Positions 49,485 to 57,132 of a stretch of DNA of 64,000 bases are shown piece after piece. The notes beneath the pieces are model-generated. The model searched no databases. It had not been told where the DNA came from and was given only the letters and a program-made list of their open reading frames with translations. A program made the position numbers and the translations under genes. Position 1 is the first letter of the stretch, and every line of letters starts with the position of its first letter. Source of the stretch: a virus; the IMG/VR virus record IMGVR_UViG_3300010373_000040, positions 1 to 64,000 of that record. One strand, written 5' to 3'.

Positions 49485-49907
49485 ATGATTAAAGCAATAG
49501 TAGATTCAGTAAGTGTTAGTAATGGAGAAGTAACCAAGTTCTCAGTAATAGATGATGCTAGAGGTACTGTAGGAAGCTTTCAGTTGTTTGAGAGTGATGA
49601 GAGTAAATATGGACAGTATAAGGTTGGTGATGAGTTTAGCTTAGAGTTATTCCCTACTGGGTTTGTTATGCCTGAATACAAACATAAAGAACCTACTTCA
49701 GTGGTTGAGCCTATACCAGAGCCTGTAGAAGAACCAACCTTTATAGATAAGGTGAAAGACTTTTTCACCCCAGCTTCTACTACAGAAAGCCCAGAAACAG
49801 TATCTATCACTCCAGAGGTTGTAGTTCCTCCTGTAGAACCAACTCCAGGATTAGATGCTCCTACATTTACAGCACCAACTACTGATAGTCCTGCTCCTAC
49901 AGTATAA
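49485..49907 (+). CDS. Hypothetical protein with Pro/Thr/Glu-rich tail
   Basis: 140 aa. Confidence 0.6.
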   Translation: MIKAIVDSVSVSNGEVTKFSVIDDARGTVGSFQLFESDESKYGQYKVGDEFSLELFPTGFVMPEYKHKEPTSVVEPIPEPVEEPTFIDKVKDFFTPASTTESPETVSITPEVVVPPVEPTPGLDAPTFTAPTTDSPAPTV

Positions 49908-50018
49908 TCAATATACTTATTCTGCATCCCATTAGAACTGCACGCTTAGAATAAGTCTTATGTTAACCCCTCCCTAGATAGTATCTTTGGACCCCATCCT
50001 ATCTCGAATTAGGAAACT

Positions 50019-50058
50019 ATCCCTCTGAGGTTAAAATCTTAGAGGGATTTGTTTGTTT
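50019..50058 (+). terminator. Intrinsic terminator insulating the tRNA operon
   Basis: atccctctgag..cttagagggat followed by ttgtttgttt. Confidence 0.75.
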
Positions 50059-50074
50059 ATATTAATCTATCTAC

Positions 50075-50082
50075 TATATTTG
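50075..50082 (+). promoter_or_regulatory. -7 promoter TATATTTG of the tRNA operon
   Basis: TAnnTTTG 4 nt before the leader ATG. Confidence 0.65.
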
Positions 50083-50086
50083 TTGC

Positions 50087-50161
50087 ATGAACAATTTATC
50101 ACTACATCTTCAACCGCAGCGCACTCCCTTATCTAGGGAAGCAAGTGGTTATTGTGTGTAG
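50087..50161 (+). CDS. Leader peptide MNNLSLHLQPQRTPLSREASGYCV (attenuator)
   Basis: 24 codons between promoter and terminator; run CTA CAT CTT CAA CCG CAG CGC. Confidence 0.65.
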   Translation: MNNLSLHLQPQRTPLSREASGYCV

Positions 50162-50186
50162 TAGTAAAAAAGCTCCAACATTATTT

Positions 50187-50221
50187 ATCCCCTTGCTGAG
50201 AAGTTAGGGGATTTCTGTTTT
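50187..50221 (+). terminator. Attenuator terminator upstream of the tRNAs
   Basis: atcccct-tgctgagaagtt-aggggat followed by ttctgtttt. Confidence 0.7.
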
Positions 50222-50229
50222 ATATACAT

Positions 50230-50303
50230 ATAGTGGGATAACGGTCAGGTTGTTTACCTGCCTTGGAAGCAGGAGGTCGAGGGTTCAAATCCCTCCCACT
50301 ATA
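50230..50303 (+). tRNA. tRNA-Pro(UGG), atypical D arm
   Basis: Anticodon arm CCTGC-CTTGGAA-GCAGG; T arm GAGGG-TTCAAAT-CCCTC; acceptor ATAGTGG/CCACTAT. Confidence 0.7.
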
Positions 50304-50379
50304 CGACACAGGTTTTACGTACTGTCACCTGCCGAGAAACAAAAAAGACAACGATACAGTTAGGGAGAGACCTAAACAT

Positions 50380-50451
50380 TTTCCTGTATGCTAATTGGCA
50401 GGCAATCTGACTTTGACTCAGATGGTACAAGTTCGAATCTTGTCGGGAAAA
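50380..50451 (+). tRNA. tRNA-Gln(UUG)
   Basis: TTTCCTG/CGGGAAA acceptor; TCTGA-CTTTGAC-TCAGA; ACAAG-TTCGAAT-CTTGT. Confidence 0.88.
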
Positions 50452-50453
50452 CT

Positions 50454-50526
50454 GTAGAGTTGCGCTAAGTGGTTAAGCGGACTGCCTGTGAAGCAGTTTA
50501 TATGAGTTCGAGCCTCATACTCTACC
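50454..50526 (+). tRNA. tRNA-His(GUG)
   Basis: GTAGAGT/ACTCTAC acceptor, C73; ACTGC-CTGTGAA-GCAGT; ATGAG-TTCGAGC-CTCAT. Confidence 0.88.
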
Positions 50527-50529
50527 CAC

Positions 50530-50601
50530 ATCTCTGTAGATCAATGAATAGATCAAGTAGCTACGAACTACTAGATAGAGGTTTGAATCCTCTCGGAGAT
50601 A
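50530..50601 (+). tRNA. tRNA-Arg(ACG)
   Basis: ATCTCTG/CGGAGAT acceptor; AGTAG-CTACGAA-CTACT; AGAGG-TTTGAAT-CCTCT. Confidence 0.85.
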
Positions 50602-50604
50602 CCT

Positions 50605-50678
50605 GCCCAATTGGTGGAATTGGTAGACACACAGGTCTTAGAAACCTGTTTTTATAGGTTCGATTCCTATATTGGGTA
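50605..50678 (+). tRNA. tRNA-Leu(UAG) lacking a long variable arm
   Basis: GCCCAAT/ATTGGGT acceptor, A73; Leu-type D arm GTGGAATTGGTAGACAC; CAGGT-CTTAGAA-ACCTG; variable loop TTTTT. Confidence 0.85.
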
Positions 50679-50688
50679 CTTTAAAATT

Positions 50689-50722
50689 AAAGGTATGTTC
50701 TCTTGTGAGTATGCCTTTTTTT
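50689..50722 (+). terminator. Terminator closing the tRNA operon
   Basis: aaaggtatgttc..gagtatgccttttttt. Confidence 0.75.
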
Positions 50723-50801
50723 ATTTACTATTGTACATAATCACATATAGGTAAACACCTAAGTACATATATGTGAATAACACCTAAACACTAAACTTAT
50801 T

Positions 50802-51137
50802 ATGGAAACACTAATGACTTTTGGAGAAGCTCTTGAACTTGTTAAACAAGGGAAATTGATTTCTAGACAAGGTTGGAATGGTAAAGGTATGTTCATCTTC
50901 CAAAGACCTGAAGACAGCATTCACATCAGTACTGTAATTACTCAAGTAAAATCGCTCCCTGCTGCAGTAAAGAGCTTTTATACTTCTAGAGTATGGGCTG
51001 ATTCTGAGAACCAGATGGTTAAATTCACTCCATACTTGTGTATGAAAGCTGCTGATGATAGCATTGTAAATGGTTGGTTAGCATCTCAGACTGATATGTT
51101 GGCTAATGATTGGTCTGAGTTCAGCTACGGAGTATAA
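50802..51137 (+). CDS. tad2: DUF2829 / Thoeris anti-defence 2 (Tad2)-family sponge protein
   Basis: MTFGEAL..K.G..R.GWNGKGMF...YLCMK..GWLASQTDMLANDW signature. Confidence 0.85.
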   Translation: METLMTFGEALELVKQGKLISRQGWNGKGMFIFQRPEDSIHISTVITQVKSLPAAVKSFYTSRVWADSENQMVKFTPYLCMKAADDSIVNGWLASQTDMLANDWSEFSYGV

Positions 51138-51216
51138 ACATTTACCGTATGATGGCTAAGGAGATCTTGGTCTGGGCCTGTAAACCTCATGAAACAAAGG
51201 TAATTTTAACACTAGA

Positions 51217-51468
51217 ATGAATATCCCAAAAGAAGCAGTAGAGAAGTTTAAGACCATAGTTGAATTACGACTCTACTGCTATATTTGTGATAACTCTTTT
51301 GAAGGTATGTGGCAACTCACCTGGATAGAGAAGATGGAATTGAAAGATCAATACTTCATTAAAGCCAATCAAATCCCTAGAGCTTTAGAGAACCTAGTAA
51401 AAGAAGGAGTATTGAGTAGAGTTAAAAAAGGGGTTTATAAACTAGAAACACTTAATGAAGCCATATAA
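51217..51468 (+). CDS. Winged-helix DNA-binding protein
   Basis: I.RALENLVKEGVLSRVKKGVYKL. Confidence 0.6.
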   Translation: MNIPKEAVEKFKTIVELRLYCYICDNSFEGMWQLTWIEKMELKDQYFIKANQIPRALENLVKEGVLSRVKKGVYKLETLNEAI

Positions 51469-51844
51469 AACCTATCACTTTGAGATACCTTTACACATCT
51501 ATCCTTTTAAGGTGTTGTTTAGTATGGGTGAATCAGATGAGGTCCTTCTCAAGAAATTGAAGAAGTATGGAGAGTTTCATCAAGAAGAGTCTGACAATCT
51601 CAAATTGACAGGTGTTGGAAGATGTATAATGTGTTTTGATTATAGGCTGGTAATTATAAGAATAGACCCATTGTTTTCTGAGAAGCATGAAACATTAGGA
51701 ACTATTAATCATGAAATACTCCATGCTGTTATCTATATATTAGATGCTTGTGGAGTTAAGTTAGAGAAAGGAGTTAGTGATGAGGCTTTTACTTACTTAA
51801 TGGGGTACATATCTGCAGAAATCCACAAGAAAATCAAACTTTAG
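51455..51844 (+). CDS. Zincin-like HExxH protein
   Basis: INHEILHAV..DEAFTYL. Confidence 0.7.
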   Translation: MKPYKTYHFEIPLHIYPFKVLFSMGESDEVLLKKLKKYGEFHQEESDNLKLTGVGRCIMCFDYRLVIIRIDPLFSEKHETLGTINHEILHAVIYILDACGVKLEKGVSDEAFTYLMGYISAEIHKKIKL

Positions 51845-51864
51845 AAACACTTAAACAATAATAT

Positions 51865-52152
51865 ATGACAATTCTATTTCAACCTGACAGAGGGCATTTG
51901 ATCTTAACAAAGCCAGCAGAGCCTACAGAAAAGGAGCTTAAATTACCAGACCATCTTACTAAATCAAAAGTGAAGATATGGGATGTAGTAGCTTCTAATC
52001 CAGGTAATGTTCACCAAGTTGGTGAAAAGATTATTCTTACAGATGGGGCTAAAGTATTTACAATATCATTGCCTACTACAGAAGGTTCTATGGAATTCTG
52101 TACAGTGGATGATGACTGGGTATTTGGTAAAGTGGAAGATGTCGCTATCTAA
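51865..52152 (+). CDS. GroES-like co-chaperonin
   Basis: FQP..HLIL..KLPD..VVA..PG..VGEKII..DDDWVFGKVE; 95 aa. Confidence 0.6.
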   Translation: MTILFQPDRGHLILTKPAEPTEKELKLPDHLTKSKVKIWDVVASNPGNVHQVGEKIILTDGAKVFTISLPTTEGSMEFCTVDDDWVFGKVEDVAI

Positions 52153-52360
52153 CCTTCCAGAGGCTATAGTATCGAGGATTCAGAAAGCTAGAGGTTTAGC
52201 AACTGAATCCTCTTTATCTTTGCAGAAACAAAGGTTAGAGATTTGTGATAAGTGTCCTGAGAAGAAAATGATAGGGACTGAGGTTTGTGGCCTCTGTGGC
52301 TGTTTTTTGCAGCTCAAGACATTAGTAGAAGATGAACATTGTCAAATTAAGAAATGGTAG
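52139..52360 (+). CDS. Small Cys-rich protein
   Basis: RLEICDKC..VCGLCGCFL..KT..EHC..KW; start moved to MSLSNLP. Confidence 0.65.
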   Translation: MSLSNLPEAIVSRIQKARGLATESSLSLQKQRLEICDKCPEKKMIGTEVCGLCGCFLQLKTLVEDEHCQIKKW

Positions 52361-52914
52361 ATATAGAAGAAATTACTATAGACAAGCTTATAAACGAATA
52401 TGGAGGAATTCATATTAGAGGGTATGAAGATTATATAGTCCTTCCGACAAGTGAAATATTTTCTATAAAGTTCAATACTATAAGAAAATTAGTTCCTCAG
52501 ATATTACATAAAAATGGAAAACCTTCGGCCTATAGACAAATTGTGGTAAGACAGCAGGGCAAAGACCCTGCCAGGAGGTTGATTCACAGAATTGTAGCAG
52601 AGACATTCATACCTAATCCAGAAAACAAACCTCAAGTGAATCACAAAGATGGTAATGGGTCTAATAACCATGTTGACAACTTAGAGTGGTGTACAGGTCA
52701 TGAAAATATGGCTCATAGCTTCAGAATATTAAAAAGAAGAATGGCTGTAGGAGAAAAAGTACATTTAAGTAAACTTACAGAAGAAGAGGTTATAATGATA
52801 CGAAAAATATATCCAAAGGGACATGCTACACAACAAGAGTTAGCCAAAATATTCAATTGTCATCCAACAACAATATATTCTGTTTTAAGTTACATAACAT
52901 GGAAACATATTTAA
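52354..52914 (+). CDS. HNH homing endonuclease with C-terminal HTH
   Basis: IHRIVAETFIPNPENKPQVNHKDG..NNHVDNLEWCT..EN..H; SKLT..QQELAK.F. Confidence 0.9.
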   Translation: MVDIEEITIDKLINEYGGIHIRGYEDYIVLPTSEIFSIKFNTIRKLVPQILHKNGKPSAYRQIVVRQQGKDPARRLIHRIVAETFIPNPENKPQVNHKDGNGSNNHVDNLEWCTGHENMAHSFRILKRRMAVGEKVHLSKLTEEEVIMIRKIYPKGHATQQELAKIFNCHPTTIYSVLSYITWKHI

Positions 52915-53705
52915 ATAGACCTACGTTTTTCGAGAAAGATCATAAATATTTAAATTTAACCACTGGTGAACAATACACGAGTGTTACACAACTACTCCAT
53001 AAGTATGCTCCAAAATTTGATGCTGATGTCATAGCTCAGAAATATGTAGCTAAAAGAACTGAAAACAAGCTTATAGCTGATTTAATGGCTAAATACGTAA
53101 TTTCTAAGGATTCTTTATTGGAGTCATTTGAGAATATTGGTTATGTAGAGACAGTAAAGCTTCTTTGGAGAGAAGAGAATGAGAGATCTTGTATTTCTGG
53201 TACAGCTTATCATAAGAAGAAAGAAAACATTGATTTAGCTACTATTGAAGTAGGTCAAGTCCCTGTAGAAATAGAGGATCTATACCAATTAATTGACGGC
53301 ACATATTTAGAGTTACTTATTTGGTCTAATGAATTAGGTATTGCAGGTCAGGCAGATAAGGTGATTATTGAGACTATTGGAGAAGACAGATTTGTAACCA
53401 TAATTGATTATAAAACAAACAAAGAGATTAAGAACTATAACTACCTTAACAAAAGAGATGGTACTCCAGTAATTAATGAGTATCTTTTAGCTCCAGTGAA
53501 CCATCTATGTAATTGTAATTATAACTTGTACCAATTACAACTAAATTTGTATGCGTATCTTTTGGTACAGTTTGGCTTTAAGATTAAAGGTGGAAAGATC
53601 ATCCATGTTACAGATAATGATAAGATTTATCCTTTAAATAATCATCAAGCAGATATTGAAGCTATTATAGAAGACTATCGAAATGGTTCAAAAAGAGATA
53701 ATTAA
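52857..53705 (+). CDS. PD-(D/E)XK (Cas4/RecB-like) nuclease (start likely 52899)
   Basis: HKY..SVT, GTAYH, IAGQAD, IIDYKTN, YQLQLNLY. Confidence 0.82.
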   Translation: MSSNNNIFCFKLHNMETYLNRPTFFEKDHKYLNLTTGEQYTSVTQLLHKYAPKFDADVIAQKYVAKRTENKLIADLMAKYVISKDSLLESFENIGYVETVKLLWREENERSCISGTAYHKKKENIDLATIEVGQVPVEIEDLYQLIDGTYLELLIWSNELGIAGQADKVIIETIGEDRFVTIIDYKTNKEIKNYNYLNKRDGTPVINEYLLAPVNHLCNCNYNLYQLQLNLYAYLLVQFGFKIKGGKIIHVTDNDKIYPLNNHQADIEAIIEDYRNGSKRDN

Positions 53706-54207
53706 GAAGATTGCTGAAAGAGAAGAGCTTACAGAAAAGCAGGTTGAGGAAATAATCAAATCTCAAGGTGACTTTACTGTAAAGTCTATGAAAGAGGGAA
53801 AATCTATTAAATTGAGTAGGTATGGGAAGTTAGTCCCTATTGCCAGATTGAGAGATTATAGAGAGGGTAATATGCCTAAACCTAGTAGAAGGGTTAGAAT
53901 TAGAGCTAAACTTGATACTCCAACTAGTAAGAAGCTTCCTACCTACAGAAGTATTATTGATCCTGATAAGTTAGTAAGAGCGTTCTGGATAGATTCTATT
54001 GCTACAGATGATAACTTCTGTGAGCTGTTCTTGTCTCAAGAGGAAGTAGAATTAGAATATTCTAAATCCTTTACTACAACAAAGATATTTTACATGGATC
54101 ATAAGCCTAGAGAACAGGAAGGATTCTTTGTCTTGGGTTTAGAAGGGGTTATGAGCTATGTGATAGAAAGTGAGTTTAAAGCTAAATATGAAAGAATTTA
54201 TGATTGA
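53683..54207 (+). CDS. HU/IHF-like DNA-binding protein fused to an extra C-terminal domain
   Basis: KEIIKKIAE..LT.KQVEEII..EGKSIKL..YGK N-terminus. Confidence 0.7.
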   Translation: MVQKEIIKKIAEREELTEKQVEEIIKSQGDFTVKSMKEGKSIKLSRYGKLVPIARLRDYREGNMPKPSRRVRIRAKLDTPTSKKLPTYRSIIDPDKLVRAFWIDSIATDDNFCELFLSQEEVELEYSKSFTTTKIFYMDHKPREQEGFFVLGLEGVMSYVIESEFKAKYERIYD

Positions 54208-54463
54208 GTATAAGACTTATAGAAATAGATTTCATGGATTTACCATAGAAGCTTTTAAAATAATGGGGGCTTCTTGGGATGGTGAAGTAGCTAGAGTATT
54301 CACAGAGAATGGTACAGTGAGTAACGGTGGCTTTGTAACCGTTTCTGAGGATTTTTATAATAAGAATCTATCTGAATTAGTTTTTGGGTATCTTATAAAA
54401 GACGAAGAAAATATGATAACTCGTGATGAGTTTTCAAAAACTTACACACCTGTAACAGAATGA
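54170..54463 (+). CDS. Hypothetical protein resembling the C-terminal domain of the previous gene
   Basis: TYR..I.AFKI..GYL..EF.K.Y pattern. Confidence 0.55.
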   Translation: MSLKLNMKEFMIEYKTYRNRFHGFTIEAFKIMGASWDGEVARVFTENGTVSNGGFVTVSEDFYNKNLSELVFGYLIKDEENMITRDEFSKTYTPVTE

Positions 54464-55044
54464 TTAAGTTATTTGAAGTAAATGATCAAGGAATACCTGA
54501 GATTTCTACAGAAGCTAGGACTATTCAGGTGTTTAAGAAGCTAATTACCAGAGATAAGGGTAGTGAAGGTGATCATGATGGTAGAAAGAAACATCAAGCT
54601 ACTAAAGAATTAGCTTTTATTTACTTCTATGCTAAGTTTGATAGTCCTTATGAGCAGTTTACAGTGGAGTCTGATAAGGTCCTACAGATTAAAAAAGCTG
54701 TTGGATTGGAAGATAAGTGGAAAATAGACTCAGATATAAAAGAGGCTATAGCTTATTTCCAGATGATTCAGAATACTAGATCAATGAAGCATTTAGCTTC
54801 TGTAGAAAATGCTATAGATAGCTTGTCTGATTATTTAAGAGATACTGATGTAAATGAAAGGATTAAAATAGGACCTAAGTCAGGGGAACTGGTGCATGAT
54901 CTCAACAAGTATAAGTCCTTGGCTAAGGAGATGCCTGATCTTATAGAGGCTTATCATAAGACTAAAGACCTTGTTAGAAAAGAATTACAAGAAGAACAAC
55001 AGTTAAGAGCTGGGAGAACTACTAATAAGTATACCGAAGGTTGA
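54460..55044 (+). CDS. Conserved crAss-like protein upstream of terL (small terminase candidate)
   Basis: FKKLITRDK..KELAFIYF..DSPY; overlaps the terL start. Confidence 0.6.
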   Translation: MIKLFEVNDQGIPEISTEARTIQVFKKLITRDKGSEGDHDGRKKHQATKELAFIYFYAKFDSPYEQFTVESDKVLQIKKAVGLEDKWKIDSDIKEAIAYFQMIQNTRSMKHLASVENAIDSLSDYLRDTDVNERIKIGPKSGELVHDLNKYKSLAKEMPDLIEAYHKTKDLVRKELQEEQQLRAGRTTNKYTEG

Positions 55045-57098
55045 TGAGTAAACAAGACTTCAAGTTTAAAAGTACCTGGAAATTTAGGGAAGCTGCTATC
55101 CACTTTGAGAAGCATAAGTGCTACACCTTTCATATTCCAGGTACTTTTAGTTATTTTGAGTTTTGGGATGAAGAAAAGAGAAGATGTACAGAAGGTTATA
55201 TTGTAGGTGGTGTCAGAATTACAGGATACCACTATTTTTATCTTAACTACTGTCCTATCATACAGGTAAAGGCTATTGGAGTAAATGATGGTCTTAAAAA
55301 ACAAGCTGCAGAAAGGATTGAAGGGTTCCCTAAGTTTTGGGACCTAGATTGGAGGTACTTTACAGCTCTGGATATTGCTGAGTATGGTATATCAGAGGAA
55401 GACTATGCTAAACTCCCTGTAGAAATAGATATAGTATTAGATGAAGATAACACTTCTGGGGGTAAGCACTTTATCTGGTTAAAACCTAGAGGGGTTGGAG
55501 CTTCTTGGAAAGGTGCTTCTATGCCAGCCAGAAACTTCTTCTTTGTTAAGAATTCAAAATCTTACATGTTTGCTGAAAGTACTGAATATCTTAATAAGGA
55601 TGGTATTTTCAGTAAATTTTTGCTTTATAAGAACTTTATAAATGAACATACTCCCTTCTACAAATACACAGATGTAAAGAATGATCTAAACAAAATGCAC
55701 CTCAGAGCTTCTCACAAAGATATGAAGGGGAATGAGATTGGGTTTATGTCAGAGGTGATGGGAGTTGCTGTAGAAGGTAAGGATGATAAGGTCCGTGGGA
55801 AAAGGGGTAAGATTACTTTATTTGAAGAGTTTGGAGCATTTACTAATGCTGATAAATGTATAGAAGTTTCTAAGTCTTCTCATGAAGAAGGTAACTTGGT
55901 CTTTGGTACTATGGTCTGTTTTGGTACTGGAGGTACTGAGGGTAAGGCATTTGAATCTATGGAGAAGTTATTCTTCAATCCTATTTCTCAAGGAATGCTT
56001 AGATTCCACAACGTCTATGATGATGACTTAATTGGGACTGAATGTGGATTCTTCACTCCAGCTACATTCAACGTAGCATTTATAGATGAGGAAGGAAATA
56101 CTGATAGAGTTAAGTCTAAAGCATTTTTAGATAAGGAAAGAGAGAAGAAATTAAAGTCTCCAGATCCTAATGATGCTGCCAGAGCAAAAGCAGAACATCC
56201 TTATACTCCTCAGGAAGCTCTACTAAGAACCAGCAGTAACATCTTCCCTAAAGCAGAATTACTATCTTGGAAGACTGAATTAGTTTCTACTAGAAAAGCT
56301 GTAAATCTTGCTATTTATGGAGATTTAGAGGATACTAAAACAGGGGTCAAATTCAGACCTAATCCTGATGCCAGGCCTGTTATGAAATATCCTCATGATA
56401 AGAAAGAAGATAATACTGGTTGTATAACTATATGGGAAACACCTTTTAGGAAGGATGGGATAATATATGACAACATGTATATCCTAGTAGTCGATCCATA
56501 TATGCATGATACCACTACAGGAGATTCCTTGGGAGCAGCCTATGTTATTAAGAACATAAACCCTTTATCTAAACCAGATGATATTATAGTAGCTTCTTTG
56601 GTTGGAAGACCTGCTACAATGGATATTTTTCATAAAAAAGTTAGACAATTATCAGAATACTACAATGCTAAAATTGGATTTGAAAACAACGCTGGTCAAG
56701 CTTTATTGGCCTACTTTAAGGCTAATAGAAAAATGCAACTACTTGCTCCAGAGTTCTCTCTAGGGTTCAATGAAAATATCCCTAAATCTGGAGTCAGAAG
56801 AGGATATGGTATGCATATAGACCAAAGAAGAAAAGATATAGGTCTTAGCTATTTAGCTGATTGGCTTATTAAAGAATGGACTGTAACTGAAGAAGGAGAA
56901 GTTCTGTATAATTATCATAAAATCTATGATATAGGTCTATTAGAGGAGTTGATTAAGTTCAATCCTGATAGTAACTATGATAGAATTTCTGCTATGGTAG
57001 TTGGAATGTTCCACCAAAAGGAGATTGAGTGGAAATATGGTAATAAGGCTTTCGCTAAAACCCAATCTTCTGCCTTTTTTACCAACGTTCATTACTAG
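55041..57098 (+). CDS. terL: Terminase large subunit
   Basis: ITGYHYFYLNY, LKPRGVGASW (Walker A), LFEEFG (Walker B), FGTGG, VVDPY, NYDRISA. Confidence 0.93.
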   Translation: MMSKQDFKFKSTWKFREAAIHFEKHKCYTFHIPGTFSYFEFWDEEKRRCTEGYIVGGVRITGYHYFYLNYCPIIQVKAIGVNDGLKKQAAERIEGFPKFWDLDWRYFTALDIAEYGISEEDYAKLPVEIDIVLDEDNTSGGKHFIWLKPRGVGASWKGASMPARNFFFVKNSKSYMFAESTEYLNKDGIFSKFLLYKNFINEHTPFYKYTDVKNDLNKMHLRASHKDMKGNEIGFMSEVMGVAVEGKDDKVRGKRGKITLFEEFGAFTNADKCIEVSKSSHEEGNLVFGTMVCFGTGGTEGKAFESMEKLFFNPISQGMLRFHNVYDDDLIGTECGFFTPATFNVAFIDEEGNTDRVKSKAFLDKEREKKLKSPDPNDAARAKAEHPYTPQEALLRTSSNIFPKAELLSWKTELVSTRKAVNLAIYGDLEDTKTGVKFRPNPDARPVMKYPHDKKEDNTGCITIWETPFRKDGIIYDNMYILVVDPYMHDTTTGDSLGAAYVIKNINPLSKPDDIIVASLVGRPATMDIFHKKVRQLSEYYNAKIGFENNAGQALLAYFKANRKMQLLAPEFSLGFNENIPKSGVRRGYGMHIDQRRKDIGLSYLADWLIKEWTVTEEGEVLYNYHKIYDIGLLEELIKFNPDSNYDRISAMVVGMFHQKEIEWKYGNKAFAKTQSSAFFTNVHY

Positions 57099-57109
57099 TA
57101 ATATTTGTA

Positions 57110-57117
57110 TATATTTG
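57110..57117 (+). promoter_or_regulatory. -7 promoter TATATTTG before portal
   Basis: TAnnTTTG in a 34-nt intergenic gap. Confidence 0.55.
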
Positions 57118-57132
57118 TAAAAATCACTACTC

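Noticed and set aside
50304-50345. Theta/HDV-like ribozyme after tRNA-Pro (loop TTTACGT)
   Set aside because: P1 is only 3-4 bp and there is no room for J4/2 with a catalytic C; kept only as a generic pseudoknot candidate.
50469-50657. 62-aa ORF
   Set aside because: Overlaps the His, Arg and Leu tRNA genes; spurious.
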